Shown here: positions 37,584-47,118 of the stretch, piece by piece
Numbering within the stretch: the stretch's first letter is position 1
Layout of the letters: each line of letters starts with the position of its first letter
From: Chthoniobacterales bacterium
GTDB lineage: Bacteria; Verrucomicrobiota; Verrucomicrobiia; Chthoniobacterales; UBA10450
DNA: 64,000 bases
NCBI GenBank assembly: GCA_035274845.1
Contig: DATENU010000012.1
Location: forward strand, 44,908 to 108,907
Direction of reading: 5' to 3'
Program-made: the position numbers and the translations under genes
The notes under the pieces: model-generated
Seen by the model: the letters and a program-made list of their open reading frames with translations, nothing else
Told to the model about the DNA's origin: nothing
The model's database searches: none

Positions 37584-38606
37584 ATGCCGAATAACGATTT
37601 CTTTGGCTTTTGCACCACTCTTAAGGTGCTGGAATTGAAAGCCATAGGGGAGCTTTCCCATGTTCGGCATCTCTGCGAGGGCGAAACGATCTATTCCACC
37701 GGGGACCCCGGCGACGCCATCTATATCATCAATCGCGGGGCGGTTGAGGTGGTCCAGCCTGCCGGCCAGAAATCGGGCGCGGCCTATCTCTCGCGCGGCG
37801 ACGTTTTCGGTGACGTGGAAGCCTTGAGCGACATGACGCGCAAATATGTTGTGCGCGCCTGCGAGCCTGTGAGTCTGCAATGTTTCGCCCGCAAAGACTT
37901 CCCCGAGATCGCGCGGCGGGTTCCGTCGTTTTTTCTTTACCTGAGCGGGCAGCTGGCTTCCCGGCTTTTGCACGCCAGCGACCTGGCCGTGACCCAAAGC
38001 CATTGCCTCGAGCTCAGCGGGAACCTCGCGAACTTCGATCTGGTTACCGTTTATCAGACGATCGCTAATTCCGCGCAGACCGGCCAGCTCCGGATCAGCA
38101 ACGCCAACGCCGAACTGGTCTCGGCGTTGTTTTTCGAAAAAGGCCAGCCCCGTTTCGGTCAGTTCGAGCACCTCACCGGGGAAGAAGCTTTCTGGCAACT
38201 TTTCGTGAGCGAAGATCTGGCGGGCACCTTCTCCTTTTCCGAGTGCGAAATGCCCACAAAGGATTGGATTCAATCGGAACGGATCACCAAGAGCGCCGGG
38301 GAAATGCTGATCAACGCGTTGCAAGGCCGGGACGAGTTCGCGGAATTGAAACGACAATTCGCCGAAAGCGGCGAGACGTTGGAGAAAAGCAAGACCAGTC
38401 TCGCCTGGCCGGCCGACGCACCGGCTGAATCGAGAGCCGTCGCGGATCAGATTTGGCAGGCGGCGTCCCGTGGACCGGTGACGGTTTCCGAATTGTTCCA
38501 AAAATGCGTGGTTTGTGAATTGAAAGTTTATCAGGTAGTGGATGAGCTGATTCGATCCCGTCACCTTACCTGGTCTCGCCCCGTCGTGGCCGCGAAGGTG
38601 GCGTAA
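37584..38606 (+). CDS. Cyclic-nucleotide-binding domain protein with C-terminal DUF4388-like domain
   Basis: ORF 37059-38606; real start likely ATG 37584. cNMP-binding fold (GDPGDAIYIINRGAVEV...GDVFGDVEAL). Then LANFDLVTVYQTIANSAQTGQLRI resembling DUF4388. Confidence 0.65.
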   Translation: MPNNDFFGFCTTLKVLELKAIGELSHVRHLCEGETIYSTGDPGDAIYIINRGAVEVVQPAGQKSGAAYLSRGDVFGDVEALSDMTRKYVVRACEPVSLQCFARKDFPEIARRVPSFFLYLSGQLASRLLHASDLAVTQSHCLELSGNLANFDLVTVYQTIANSAQTGQLRISNANAELVSALFFEKGQPRFGQFEHLTGEEAFWQLFVSEDLAGTFSFSECEMPTKDWIQSERITKSAGEMLINALQGRDEFAELKRQFAESGETLEKSKTSLAWPADAPAESRAVADQIWQAASRGPVTVSELFQKCVVCELKVYQVVDELIRSRHLTWSRPVVAAKVA

Positions 38607-38618
38607 GAGAAAAGAAAA

Positions 38619-38855
38619 ATGGCCCCCTTCAAATCACTCTGCCTTCTCCTGCTGCTGGCGCTGGGCGCCTCGGGGTGCTCGATGTTCTCCAAGACCAGCA
38701 AGGAAGAGCGCGCCTACGCCAAGTACGTAAAGAAAAACAGTTCGGCCCGCCAGCATCAGCGAACCAAGATCATCCAACAGCGGGCCGAAATGCCGACGCT
38801 CCGGCCCAGTCCGGGCCCGGTAAAGGAATCGATCCAGACTTCGGAAGGCGAATAA
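38619..38855 (+). CDS. Small lipoprotein (hypothetical)
   Basis: 78 aa; signal peptide with lipobox LGASGC. Confidence 0.5.
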   Translation: MAPFKSLCLLLLLALGASGCSMFSKTSKEERAYAKYVKKNSSARQHQRTKIIQQRAEMPTLRPSPGPVKESIQTSEGE

Positions 38856-38920
38856 ACGGCGCCGAAACACTCATCTGTTTTGTTCCTCGACCTTCGTAGA
38901 CGGGCCCATGGCCTGACGAT

Positions 38921-39304
38921 TCACGATTCGCGTTGAACCGGGGTCGGTTTTCCGTCCGGCCCGAGCGCGACGTAGGTGAACACGCCCTTGGTGACCAGCA
39001 CTTCCTCCCCCGACATGTAGCGATGGACCCAGACCTCGACGGGAATCAACATCGAGGTACGGCCGATCTTTTCCACCCAGGCGTAGCACGCCACCCGATC
39101 GCCGACTTGGACCGGTCGGAGGAACGACATCCCTTCGATCGCGACCGTCACCACCCGAGTCTGGGCGACCTTCGCGGCCAGCAGACCGCTCCCGAGGTCC
39201 ATTTGGGAAATGATCCAACCGCCGAAGATGTCGCCGCTTGGATTCGTATCGGCCGGCATCGCGATTGTCCGAATGACCATCTCGCCTTTGGGTTTATCCG
39301 TCAT
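38921..39304 (-). CDS. Acyl-CoA thioesterase (hotdog fold, YciA-like)
   Basis: 127-aa ORF; ANPSGDIFGGWIISQMD motif of YciA-type thioesterases. Confidence 0.8.
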   Translation of the reverse strand: MTDKPKGEMVIRTIAMPADTNPSGDIFGGWIISQMDLGSGLLAAKVAQTRVVTVAIEGMSFLRPVQVGDRVACYAWVEKIGRTSMLIPVEVWVHRYMSGEEVLVTKGVFTYVALGPDGKPTPVQRES

Positions 39305-39328
39305 CGGGCCGAGAGTAGCGGACTGCGC

Positions 39329-40312
39329 TCAGAGGATCAACATGCAGTCGCCGTAGCTGTAAAAACGGTAACGCTCCCGGATCGCCTCCTGATAGGCGCG
39401 CAGGATAAACTCCCGGCCGGCGAAGGCGCTCACCAGCATCAGCAAAGTGGAGCGCGGCAGATGAAAATTCGTCAGGAGCACATCAGCCTGGCGAATCTGC
39501 ATCGGCGGATGGATGAAAATGGCGGTGGCGCCCCCCTGCTCCACGAGTTTGCCTTCGTGATTGCGTGAGGCCGATTCCAAAACACGGACGGTGGTGGTCC
39601 CAATCGCGACAATTCTCTGGGCCGCATTGATCGCGGCCGCGGCGGACGCGGAAATCGAAAATGCTTCCGTGTGCATTTGGTGCGCGGAAATATCCTCCGA
39701 TTTGACCGGCTGAAATGTCCCCGCGCCGACGTGCAGGGTGATGAACGTGTGCGGCAAGGTCCTCAGCATTTCCGCGGTGAAATGCAGGCCTGCGGTGGGC
39801 GCGGCCACGGCCCCCGCGGTTTCCGCATAAACCGTCTGATAACGCTCCACGTCTTCCCCATTGCCTTGACGCCGCAAGTAAGGCGGCAAGGGAACGATGC
39901 CTCCATCCCACGGATTTAGCTCGTGCTCGAACGAGACGATCCGCTCGCCGTTCGGGCAAATGTCTTCCACTCGCACGGCCACGTCCTTGATGAACGTCTG
40001 CGCGCCCCGACGCATTTTTCGGCCGGGACGAACGAGGCATTTCCAGCGCGTCCTCCCCTGATTTTCCAGGAACAGGAATTCGACCTTGCCGTCGTCCGAG
40101 AAGCGGCGCGCATTCACCACTCGGGTGTTGTTCAGGACGAGGAGGTCGCCGGGTTTGAGGAACCCGGGGAGTTCTGCGAACTGCCGATGCTCGATCCGCT
40201 GCTCTCGCCGATGCAGCACCATCATGCGGGAATCCTGCCGGTTCGGCAGCGGCCGGGTAGCAATCAGCTCTTCCGGCAGCAGGTAATCGTAATCGGAAAG
40301 CGCCAGGCTCAT
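39329..40312 (-). CDS. queA: S-adenosylmethionine:tRNA ribosyltransferase-isomerase
   Basis: ORF 39329-40354; probable start M at 40312 (MSLALSDYDYLLPEELIA). QueA-typical motifs throughout. Confidence 0.9.
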   Translation of the reverse strand: MSLALSDYDYLLPEELIATRPLPNRQDSRMMVLHRREQRIEHRQFAELPGFLKPGDLLVLNNTRVVNARRFSDDGKVEFLFLENQGRTRWKCLVRPGRKMRRGAQTFIKDVAVRVEDICPNGERIVSFEHELNPWDGGIVPLPPYLRRQGNGEDVERYQTVYAETAGAVAAPTAGLHFTAEMLRTLPHTFITLHVGAGTFQPVKSEDISAHQMHTEAFSISASAAAAINAAQRIVAIGTTTVRVLESASRNHEGKLVEQGGATAIFIHPPMQIRQADVLLTNFHLPRSTLLMLVSAFAGREFILRAYQEAIRERYRFYSYGDCMLIL

Positions 40313-40335
40313 GGTTGTGGTAACGACGGCGCTCT

Positions 40336-40402
40336 GTCGCCGTAAGAACGCCATCGGCCATTAGCGCGCCCTTACGCCGCCAGAGCGGCGTCGCTCTAAC
40401 AG
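40336..40402. repeat. Palindromic intergenic repeat (family 5 relative)
   Basis: gtcgccgtaagaacgcc...cgccgccagagcggcgtcgctctaaca; similar to 11278-11358 and to the acggcgctctgtcgcc module of the 55737-56290 units. Confidence 0.45.
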
Positions 40403-40442
40403 CTTTCTCTGAAGCCGACGGGTTGCAAGAAAATCAAAGGAA

Positions 40443-41270
40443 TTGCGATCTCGCGCAAAACCTCAGATGGTCGGCAAGGTGGCGACTGAATTTACCCCGG
40501 CTCTGGACCTGGTGCTCGACGCTCTGGAGCGAATGCGCGAAGCTGGCGGCAGGTTGCCGCGGGCGTCGAGAAATTCACTCGCGCACCTGCACCAGCGACT
40601 CCCAGCTGCTAGAGAGGCTCCTTCGACCCCGGCGCCAGTGGCGCCGGGCGTTTCGGACAAAGTCGCTCGCCTCGCGGGGGTCCAGGCCCGCGTCGCTCCC
40701 TGCACCAAATGCCCGCACCTCGCCCGTTTCCGCACGCAAACCGTCTTCGGCGTCGGCAACCCGGACGCGGATTTGATGTTCATCGGCGAAGCCCCGGGCT
40801 TTGACGAGGATGCCCAAGGAGAACCGTTCGTCGGCCGAGCCGGCCAATTATTGACGAAGATCATTACCGCGATGGGATTCACCCGCGCCGAAGTCTATAT
40901 CGCAAATGTCCTGAAATGCCGGCCCGACATGCCGCGGGGTAGTTCCGGCAATCGTCCACCTACCCCGGCGGAGATGCAGACCTGTCTTCCCTATCTGGCC
41001 GAACAGATCGAGATCATCCAACCGAAGGTGTTGGTCGCGCTCGGAGCGACGGCGGTGGAGGGCTTGCTCGGCACGCGCGGACCGATGCATGCGATGCGGG
41101 GTCGCTGGCATGAGCACCACGACACGCCGCTGATGATTACGTATCATCCCTCCTATTTATTGCGGAATCAGGCTCCCGCGGAAAAACGCAAGGTCTGGGA
41201 AGATATGCTGCTGGTGTTGGAACGGCTGGAGCGCCCGATTTCGGATAAGCAGCGCCGCTATTTCACGTAG
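40443..41270 (+). CDS. Uracil-DNA glycosylase family 4
   Basis: 275-aa ORF; C.KC.L 4Fe-4S cysteine pair region (CTKCPHLARFRTQTVFGVGNPDADLMFIGEAPG) and HPSYLLR C-terminal motif. Confidence 0.82.
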   Translation: MRSRAKPQMVGKVATEFTPALDLVLDALERMREAGGRLPRASRNSLAHLHQRLPAAREAPSTPAPVAPGVSDKVARLAGVQARVAPCTKCPHLARFRTQTVFGVGNPDADLMFIGEAPGFDEDAQGEPFVGRAGQLLTKIITAMGFTRAEVYIANVLKCRPDMPRGSSGNRPPTPAEMQTCLPYLAEQIEIIQPKVLVALGATAVEGLLGTRGPMHAMRGRWHEHHDTPLMITYHPSYLLRNQAPAEKRKVWEDMLLVLERLERPISDKQRRYFT

Positions 41271-41285
41271 AGCGTCCGAGCAACA

Positions 41286-41356
41286 TCAAGGAGCGGCGGT
41301 GTCTTCACCGCCGATGAATTAGGACGGCGGTTTCAAACCGCCGCTCCTTGAAGCTT
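41286..41356. repeat. REP-like element family 2
   Basis: caaggagcggcggtg...ggacggcggtttcaaaccgccgctccttgaagc. Confidence 0.6.
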
Positions 41357-42349
41357 TTCGAACTTCGCGCGCAGAGAGCGAGGTGAAGCGAGCGCGCCCG
41401 ACAGGATCAATTTTCTGACTTCGCCGCGGGGAATTTTCACTTTTCGCTCGAGCGCATCTGGACCCGCTTCGCGAATCAGCGCGAGCGTCCTCGCGCCAAT
41501 CATCGCCGGCAGAGCAGTCGCAAACCGGACCCGGCGGTTCCGGATCGCAGCGGCGTATTCCATTCCCGCCTCGATCCCCTGCTTCGCCTTTTCGCGCCAT
41601 TTCTTCATGACCGGTTCGACCCGGTTCGGATGGCGACGAATTTCTCCAGGTGCGACGCCTGCCGACTCCAGTTCGTCGGCCGGAAAATAACAGCGGCCGT
41701 TGCGAAGATCGTCCCCGGCGTCGCGCAGGATATTGATCAGCTGCAATCCCTTGCCATAGCGGATTCCCAGTTCGCGCATTTCGGGTTCGGAACGCGCGGT
41801 AAAATTCTTAACGTGACGAAAGCAGAGGCGCGTCCAGAATTCGCCGACACAGCCGGCCACGAGATAGGTGTATTCGTCCAATTCCTTAGCGGTCCGGAGC
41901 GCCTTAATGCTCGTGCTCGTGCTCGAATCGAAACGCTCCAAATCGAGCGACTGTCCGCGGTTGATCTTCACCAGAACGCCCCGCACATCTTCACGATCGG
42001 CAGCCGGCAGGTCCGCGAGCCAATTCAGCAGGGCCGGGATCTGTTCGATGAGCTGTCGCTCGGCGTCGTCGGTCTGCTCGCGACCAAAGGAATTACGGAG
42101 CTCTTCCAGCGTTTCGATCGGCGCCGTTCCCTGGATTGCCGCCGCCAACTGGCGGAGCGCCTCTATTCGCAGCGCGACGGGCGGCTGCGCCGTATCCGCG
42201 ATGGTATCGGTCGCGCGCGCCAGAAGGTAGGCGAGCGACAGCGGACCGCGCAGCGCCTGCGGGAGAAAGCGCAACGAAAGGTAGAAAGAACGAGAGACCG
42301 AGCGCAGGATGGGGCCGCGCAAACGACGATAATCGCTCGACCGATTCAT
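41333..42349 (-). CDS. Squalene/phytoene synthase family protein (HpnC/HpnD/CrtB-like)
   Basis: 338-aa ORF; trans-isoprenyl diphosphate synthase head-to-head fold motifs (YTYLVAGCVGEFWTRL; DxxxD-like RATDTIADT). Confidence 0.78.
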   Translation of the reverse strand: MNRSSDYRRLRGPILRSVSRSFYLSLRFLPQALRGPLSLAYLLARATDTIADTAQPPVALRIEALRQLAAAIQGTAPIETLEELRNSFGREQTDDAERQLIEQIPALLNWLADLPAADREDVRGVLVKINRGQSLDLERFDSSTSTSIKALRTAKELDEYTYLVAGCVGEFWTRLCFRHVKNFTARSEPEMRELGIRYGKGLQLINILRDAGDDLRNGRCYFPADELESAGVAPGEIRRHPNRVEPVMKKWREKAKQGIEAGMEYAAAIRNRRVRFATALPAMIGARTLALIREAGPDALERKVKIPRGEVRKLILSGALASPRSLRAKFEKLQGAAV

Positions 42350-43374
42350 CGGTCGACCTTTCGCATTTCGATTACATCCGCGTTGCCGATCCCAATCTGC
42401 GCGGCGTACTGCACGTGGATCGCCAGCGGCACGATGGAAGGAAATCGGCCTTTAAGGCGCCATTCCTCGATTTGCCGAACAGTGATCGCGTCCACCGCCA
42501 CCGGATCCTTGCTGGCCAGAATCGTCGCATAATGGACCGAGAAATTCGGTTGGGCCGCGGGCGCCCCCGCATATTGCGCGACGAGCCCATCCATGATGTT
42601 GAGCACGACCTTTGGACCAATAACCGCGGTGCGATAAATCTCGGCAATGGCGGCGCTGCCCGAACCAAACCCCTGGGCGAAGCGTCTCCAGTTGTCGATG
42701 TTCGGAAGGGTGACGTTATAAAGGCAACCGGCGATCCCGGCAGTGGAGCTGTCGCTCATCACCGGCACGTTGATAATTTTTGTGACTTCGCTGGTCAGGA
42801 TTTTCGCGAAGTGGCTGTCGTCACTGGTCAATTCCTGGTCGGAAAGGAGCGGGATCACGCCGCGATCGGAACGATATTCGAGATCGCCCCAGATTAGCTT
42901 CCCGCTCAGCGGCGCGGTGAAGATGGTTTTGGGATCATAGCCATCGTGCGGCGTGATCGACCTCAACTGATAACCTTCCTGGTCGGGGCGATACCCGGCG
43001 TCCTTTATTCCTCCCAGGCTGCGGTCCCAGACAATGATGTTTTCTCGCCGATGCCCAGCCGCGACCAGGCCGTCCACGATGGCGTTGACGATGTCCCGGT
43101 GCGTGGTGAAAAGTTCGCCCCCGGCCGCGGAGATCTTGACGCCGACCTTGTCGCTCGGCGAAACGAGCGAACCCCAGGCCTTGGCCAGATCGGGCTGGCC
43201 GGTGACCGCCAGGACAAGACGATTGACCATACCGCGGACGACGGCCGGGTTGGTCCGATACTCCTTGATTGCGGCGGGATCATGCGCGGAGTACACGATC
43301 GATGGCGGAGGAGCCTTCTGGGCCAGGGCGACACAGAAGCTGGCAAGAAAACAACCTAGAATAAGAATCCGCAC
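42346..43374 (-). CDS. Hypothetical secreted protein (DUF362-like)
   Basis: ORF 42346-43434. Start likely internal (GTG about 43374, VRILILGCFLAS signal peptide) to avoid overlapping the divergent hemW start. Confidence 0.45.
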   Translation of the reverse strand: MRILILGCFLASFCVALAQKAPPPSIVYSAHDPAAIKEYRTNPAVVRGMVNRLVLAVTGQPDLAKAWGSLVSPSDKVGVKISAAGGELFTTHRDIVNAIVDGLVAAGHRRENIIVWDRSLGGIKDAGYRPDQEGYQLRSITPHDGYDPKTIFTAPLSGKLIWGDLEYRSDRGVIPLLSDQELTSDDSHFAKILTSEVTKIINVPVMSDSSTAGIAGCLYNVTLPNIDNWRRFAQGFGSGSAAIAEIYRTAVIGPKVVLNIMDGLVAQYAGAPAAQPNFSVHYATILASKDPVAVDAITVRQIEEWRLKGRFPSIVPLAIHVQYAAQIGIGNADVIEMRKVDR

Positions 43375-43396
43375 AGTAGAGAGTGAGAGCGAGCTT

Positions 43397-44557
43397 ATGA
43401 GGGATGGAGAAAACGTCCAACGTCCAACGTCCAACGTCCAACGCCGAACTTCAGGGACGATTACGCATCTCTACGTTCATATTCCGTTTTGCGCGAGGAT
43501 TTGCCCCTACTGCGCTTTTTACAAGGAGCGCGCAGACAGCTCCCAAACCCAGCGGTTCTGCGAAGCGCTCCTGCGGGAAATTGAGAGCGTCGGCGAGCTG
43601 CACCCGTTGCAGCCGCGAACGATCTTTTTTGGCGGTGGGACACCAACGGCGCTGACGACGACGCAATTGGAATTTCTCCTGAGTGGAATGCGCGAGCGCC
43701 TCGATTTGACGGAGCTCGTGGAATGGACATTGGAAGCGAATCCGGGGAGCGTGTCGCCTCGCAAGGCGGCATTGCTCCGGAGCCTGGGCGTCAGCCGCCT
43801 CAGCCTGGGCGTGCAATCCTGGGATGACGAATTGCTGAAGCTCCTCGGTCGTGAACATGACGCTGCGCAGGCGGAGACCTCTTTTCGAATCCTGCGCGAG
43901 GCCGGGTTTCAGAACATCAGCATCGACCTGATGTTCGGTTTGCCGGGACAAACGCTGGCGCAATGGCAGTCCGATCTGAAAAAGACGATCGCGCTTCAGC
44001 CAGAGCATATCTCGACCTACTGCCTGACCTACGAGGAGGACACGGAGTTTTTTCTCCGGCATGCGCGCGGCGAATTCCGGGAAGATTCGGAATCGGACGC
44101 GCGTTTCCTGGAGGCGGCGATGCAAATGCTCGAGGAGGCCGGATTCCAGCACTACGAGATTTCCAACTACGCGCGGCCCGGCTTCGCTTCCGCCCATAAT
44201 CGCGGGTACTGGGCCGGCGACGATTATCTGGGGATCGGGCCGAGCGCCTTTTCCACCATCGGATTACGGCGCTGGCAAAACGTAGCGGATTATCGCGCCT
44301 ACGCGGACCGGGTGCTGGCGGGTTCGTCACCAGTCGGTTCAACCGAAGTCCTTACGTCCGAGATGAAGCGAACGGAACGGATCGCGCTCGCCTTGCGGAC
44401 GCGGGAAGGAATTTCCTCGAGCGAGCTGATTTCATGGCCCGAAGAGAGTCGCGAGTTCGTTAACCTGGGTCTTTTGCGGGAACTCAACGGCAATTTTGTT
44501 CTTACGTCGCGCGGCAAGCTACTCGCCGATTCCGTCGCCGAAGCGTTCGTCCCGTAA
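43397..44557 (+). CDS. hemW: Radical SAM heme chaperone HemW (coproporphyrinogen III oxidase-like)
   Basis: LYVHIPFCARICPYCAFY CX3CX2C radical-SAM motif and HemN C-terminal domain. The N-terminal coding region contains a 7-bp x4 repeat (43413-43440). Confidence 0.85.
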   Translation: MRDGENVQRPTSNVQRRTSGTITHLYVHIPFCARICPYCAFYKERADSSQTQRFCEALLREIESVGELHPLQPRTIFFGGGTPTALTTTQLEFLLSGMRERLDLTELVEWTLEANPGSVSPRKAALLRSLGVSRLSLGVQSWDDELLKLLGREHDAAQAETSFRILREAGFQNISIDLMFGLPGQTLAQWQSDLKKTIALQPEHISTYCLTYEEDTEFFLRHARGEFREDSESDARFLEAAMQMLEEAGFQHYEISNYARPGFASAHNRGYWAGDDYLGIGPSAFSTIGLRRWQNVADYRAYADRVLAGSSPVGSTEVLTSEMKRTERIALALRTREGISSSELISWPEESREFVNLGLLRELNGNFVLTSRGKLLADSVAEAFVP

Positions 44558-44650
44558 CTCTTGCTCTAGCTCCTACTCTTACTCTTGCTCCCGAGCCGCT
44601 AACCACACTCGGCGTCGATGGGAGAGAGCAAGAGTATGAGCAAGAGAAAA
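44558..44650. repeat. Hairpin element (family 6: ctcttgctcccgagc...gggagcaagag...tatgagcaagag)
   Basis: Between the convergent hemW and uppS 3' ends; second copy at 46779-46860. Stems are conserved, loops differ. Confidence 0.6.
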
Positions 44651-44674
44651 AGTAAGAATGGGGCAGTCGAAGCG

Positions 44675-45388
44675 TTATACCCCGCCGTATCTGCGATTTC
44701 GGTTCCCAAAATCGTCGACGGCCTCGAAGAGATCCTTCTTCGAAAAATCAGGCCAAAGCTTTTGGGTGACGTACATCTCCGTGTAGGAAAGTTGCCAGAG
44801 CAGAAAATTCGAGAGCCGCATCTCGCCGGAGGTGCGGATCAGCAGATCGGGGTCGGGGTAGTAGCGGGTGTAGAGATGTTTACTGAACATGTCGACGTCG
44901 ATCATGGCGCGGTCGATGTGCCCGGAATCGATCTGGCGCAGCAGGCTCTTGATCCCATCGATAATCTCCAGCCGTCCGCCGTAACTGAGCGCCAGGATCA
45001 GGGTCAGGCCGGTATTTCCGGCGGTGCGCTCAATCGAATCGTGCAATTGTTTCTGGCAACTTGCGGGCAAATCGGTGAGCCGCCCAATCGCCTGGAGCCG
45101 AACATTCTTCTCGAGTAACTCCGGAGTCCGTTCTTTCAGGAAACGCTCGAGCAGGCGCATCAAGGCGAAGACTTCGGTCTTCGGCCGCTGCCAGTTTTCG
45201 GCCGAGAAAGCGTAGAGGGTCAGGAATTCGATCTTCAGTTCGCCGCAGGCCTCAACGCACGCCTTGACGGCGTCTGCTCCCTTTTCGTGCCCCTTGATCC
45301 GCGGAAGGCCGCGGTTCTTCGCCCAGCGCCCGTTCCCATCCATGATGATCGCGATGTGGCGAGGAACGAGTTTGGGCGCCGCGGACAT
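44675..45388 (-). CDS. uppS: Isoprenyl transferase (undecaprenyl diphosphate synthase)
   Basis: 237-aa ORF; HIAIIMDGNGRWA and RTSGE.R.S.FLLWQ motifs. Confidence 0.92.
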   Translation of the reverse strand: MSAAPKLVPRHIAIIMDGNGRWAKNRGLPRIKGHEKGADAVKACVEACGELKIEFLTLYAFSAENWQRPKTEVFALMRLLERFLKERTPELLEKNVRLQAIGRLTDLPASCQKQLHDSIERTAGNTGLTLILALSYGGRLEIIDGIKSLLRQIDSGHIDRAMIDVDMFSKHLYTRYYPDPDLLIRTSGEMRLSNFLLWQLSYTEMYVTQKLWPDFSKKDLFEAVDDFGNRNRRYGGV

Positions 45389-45393
45389 GAATC

Positions 45394-46860
<1,467 letters not shown>

Positions 46861-46916
46861 AGAACGAGACAGAGAAAAGCATTGTCGCCCCGAAAGCGGC
46901 CCCCTACTCTCAGCTC

Positions 46917-47069
46917 ATGCGCAATATACTCCTGATTATCCTAATCCTGCTGTTGATCGGGGCGTTCCCAGGTTGGGGCTACAGTTCGGGATGGGGCTAT
47001 TATCCCTTTGGCGGAATCGGGCTGATCCTGCTGATCGTGCTCATTCTCGCGCTGACCGGGAAATTATAG
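46917..47069 (+). CDS. DUF3309-like small membrane protein (50 aa), absent from the ORF track (below the length cutoff)
   Basis: MRNILLIILILLLIGAFPGWGYSSGWGYYPFGGIGLILLIVLILALTGKL; two hydrophobic helices flanking a GW.YS.GWGY..GG motif. Confidence 0.6.
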   Translation: MRNILLIILILLLIGAFPGWGYSSGWGYYPFGGIGLILLIVLILALTGKL

Positions 47070-47072
47070 GAG

Positions 47073-47108
47073 CGCTGGCGACGGCACGCCATCGTGCCGT
47101 TGGCGCTG
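47073..47108. terminator. Palindromic element (family 3, ggcacgccatcgtgcc core) between convergent genes; putative bidirectional terminator
   Basis: ggcgacggcacgccatcgtgccgttggcgc hairpin; same core repeated at 37364-37435. Confidence 0.45.
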
Positions 47109-47118
47109 TCTTCCCCGC

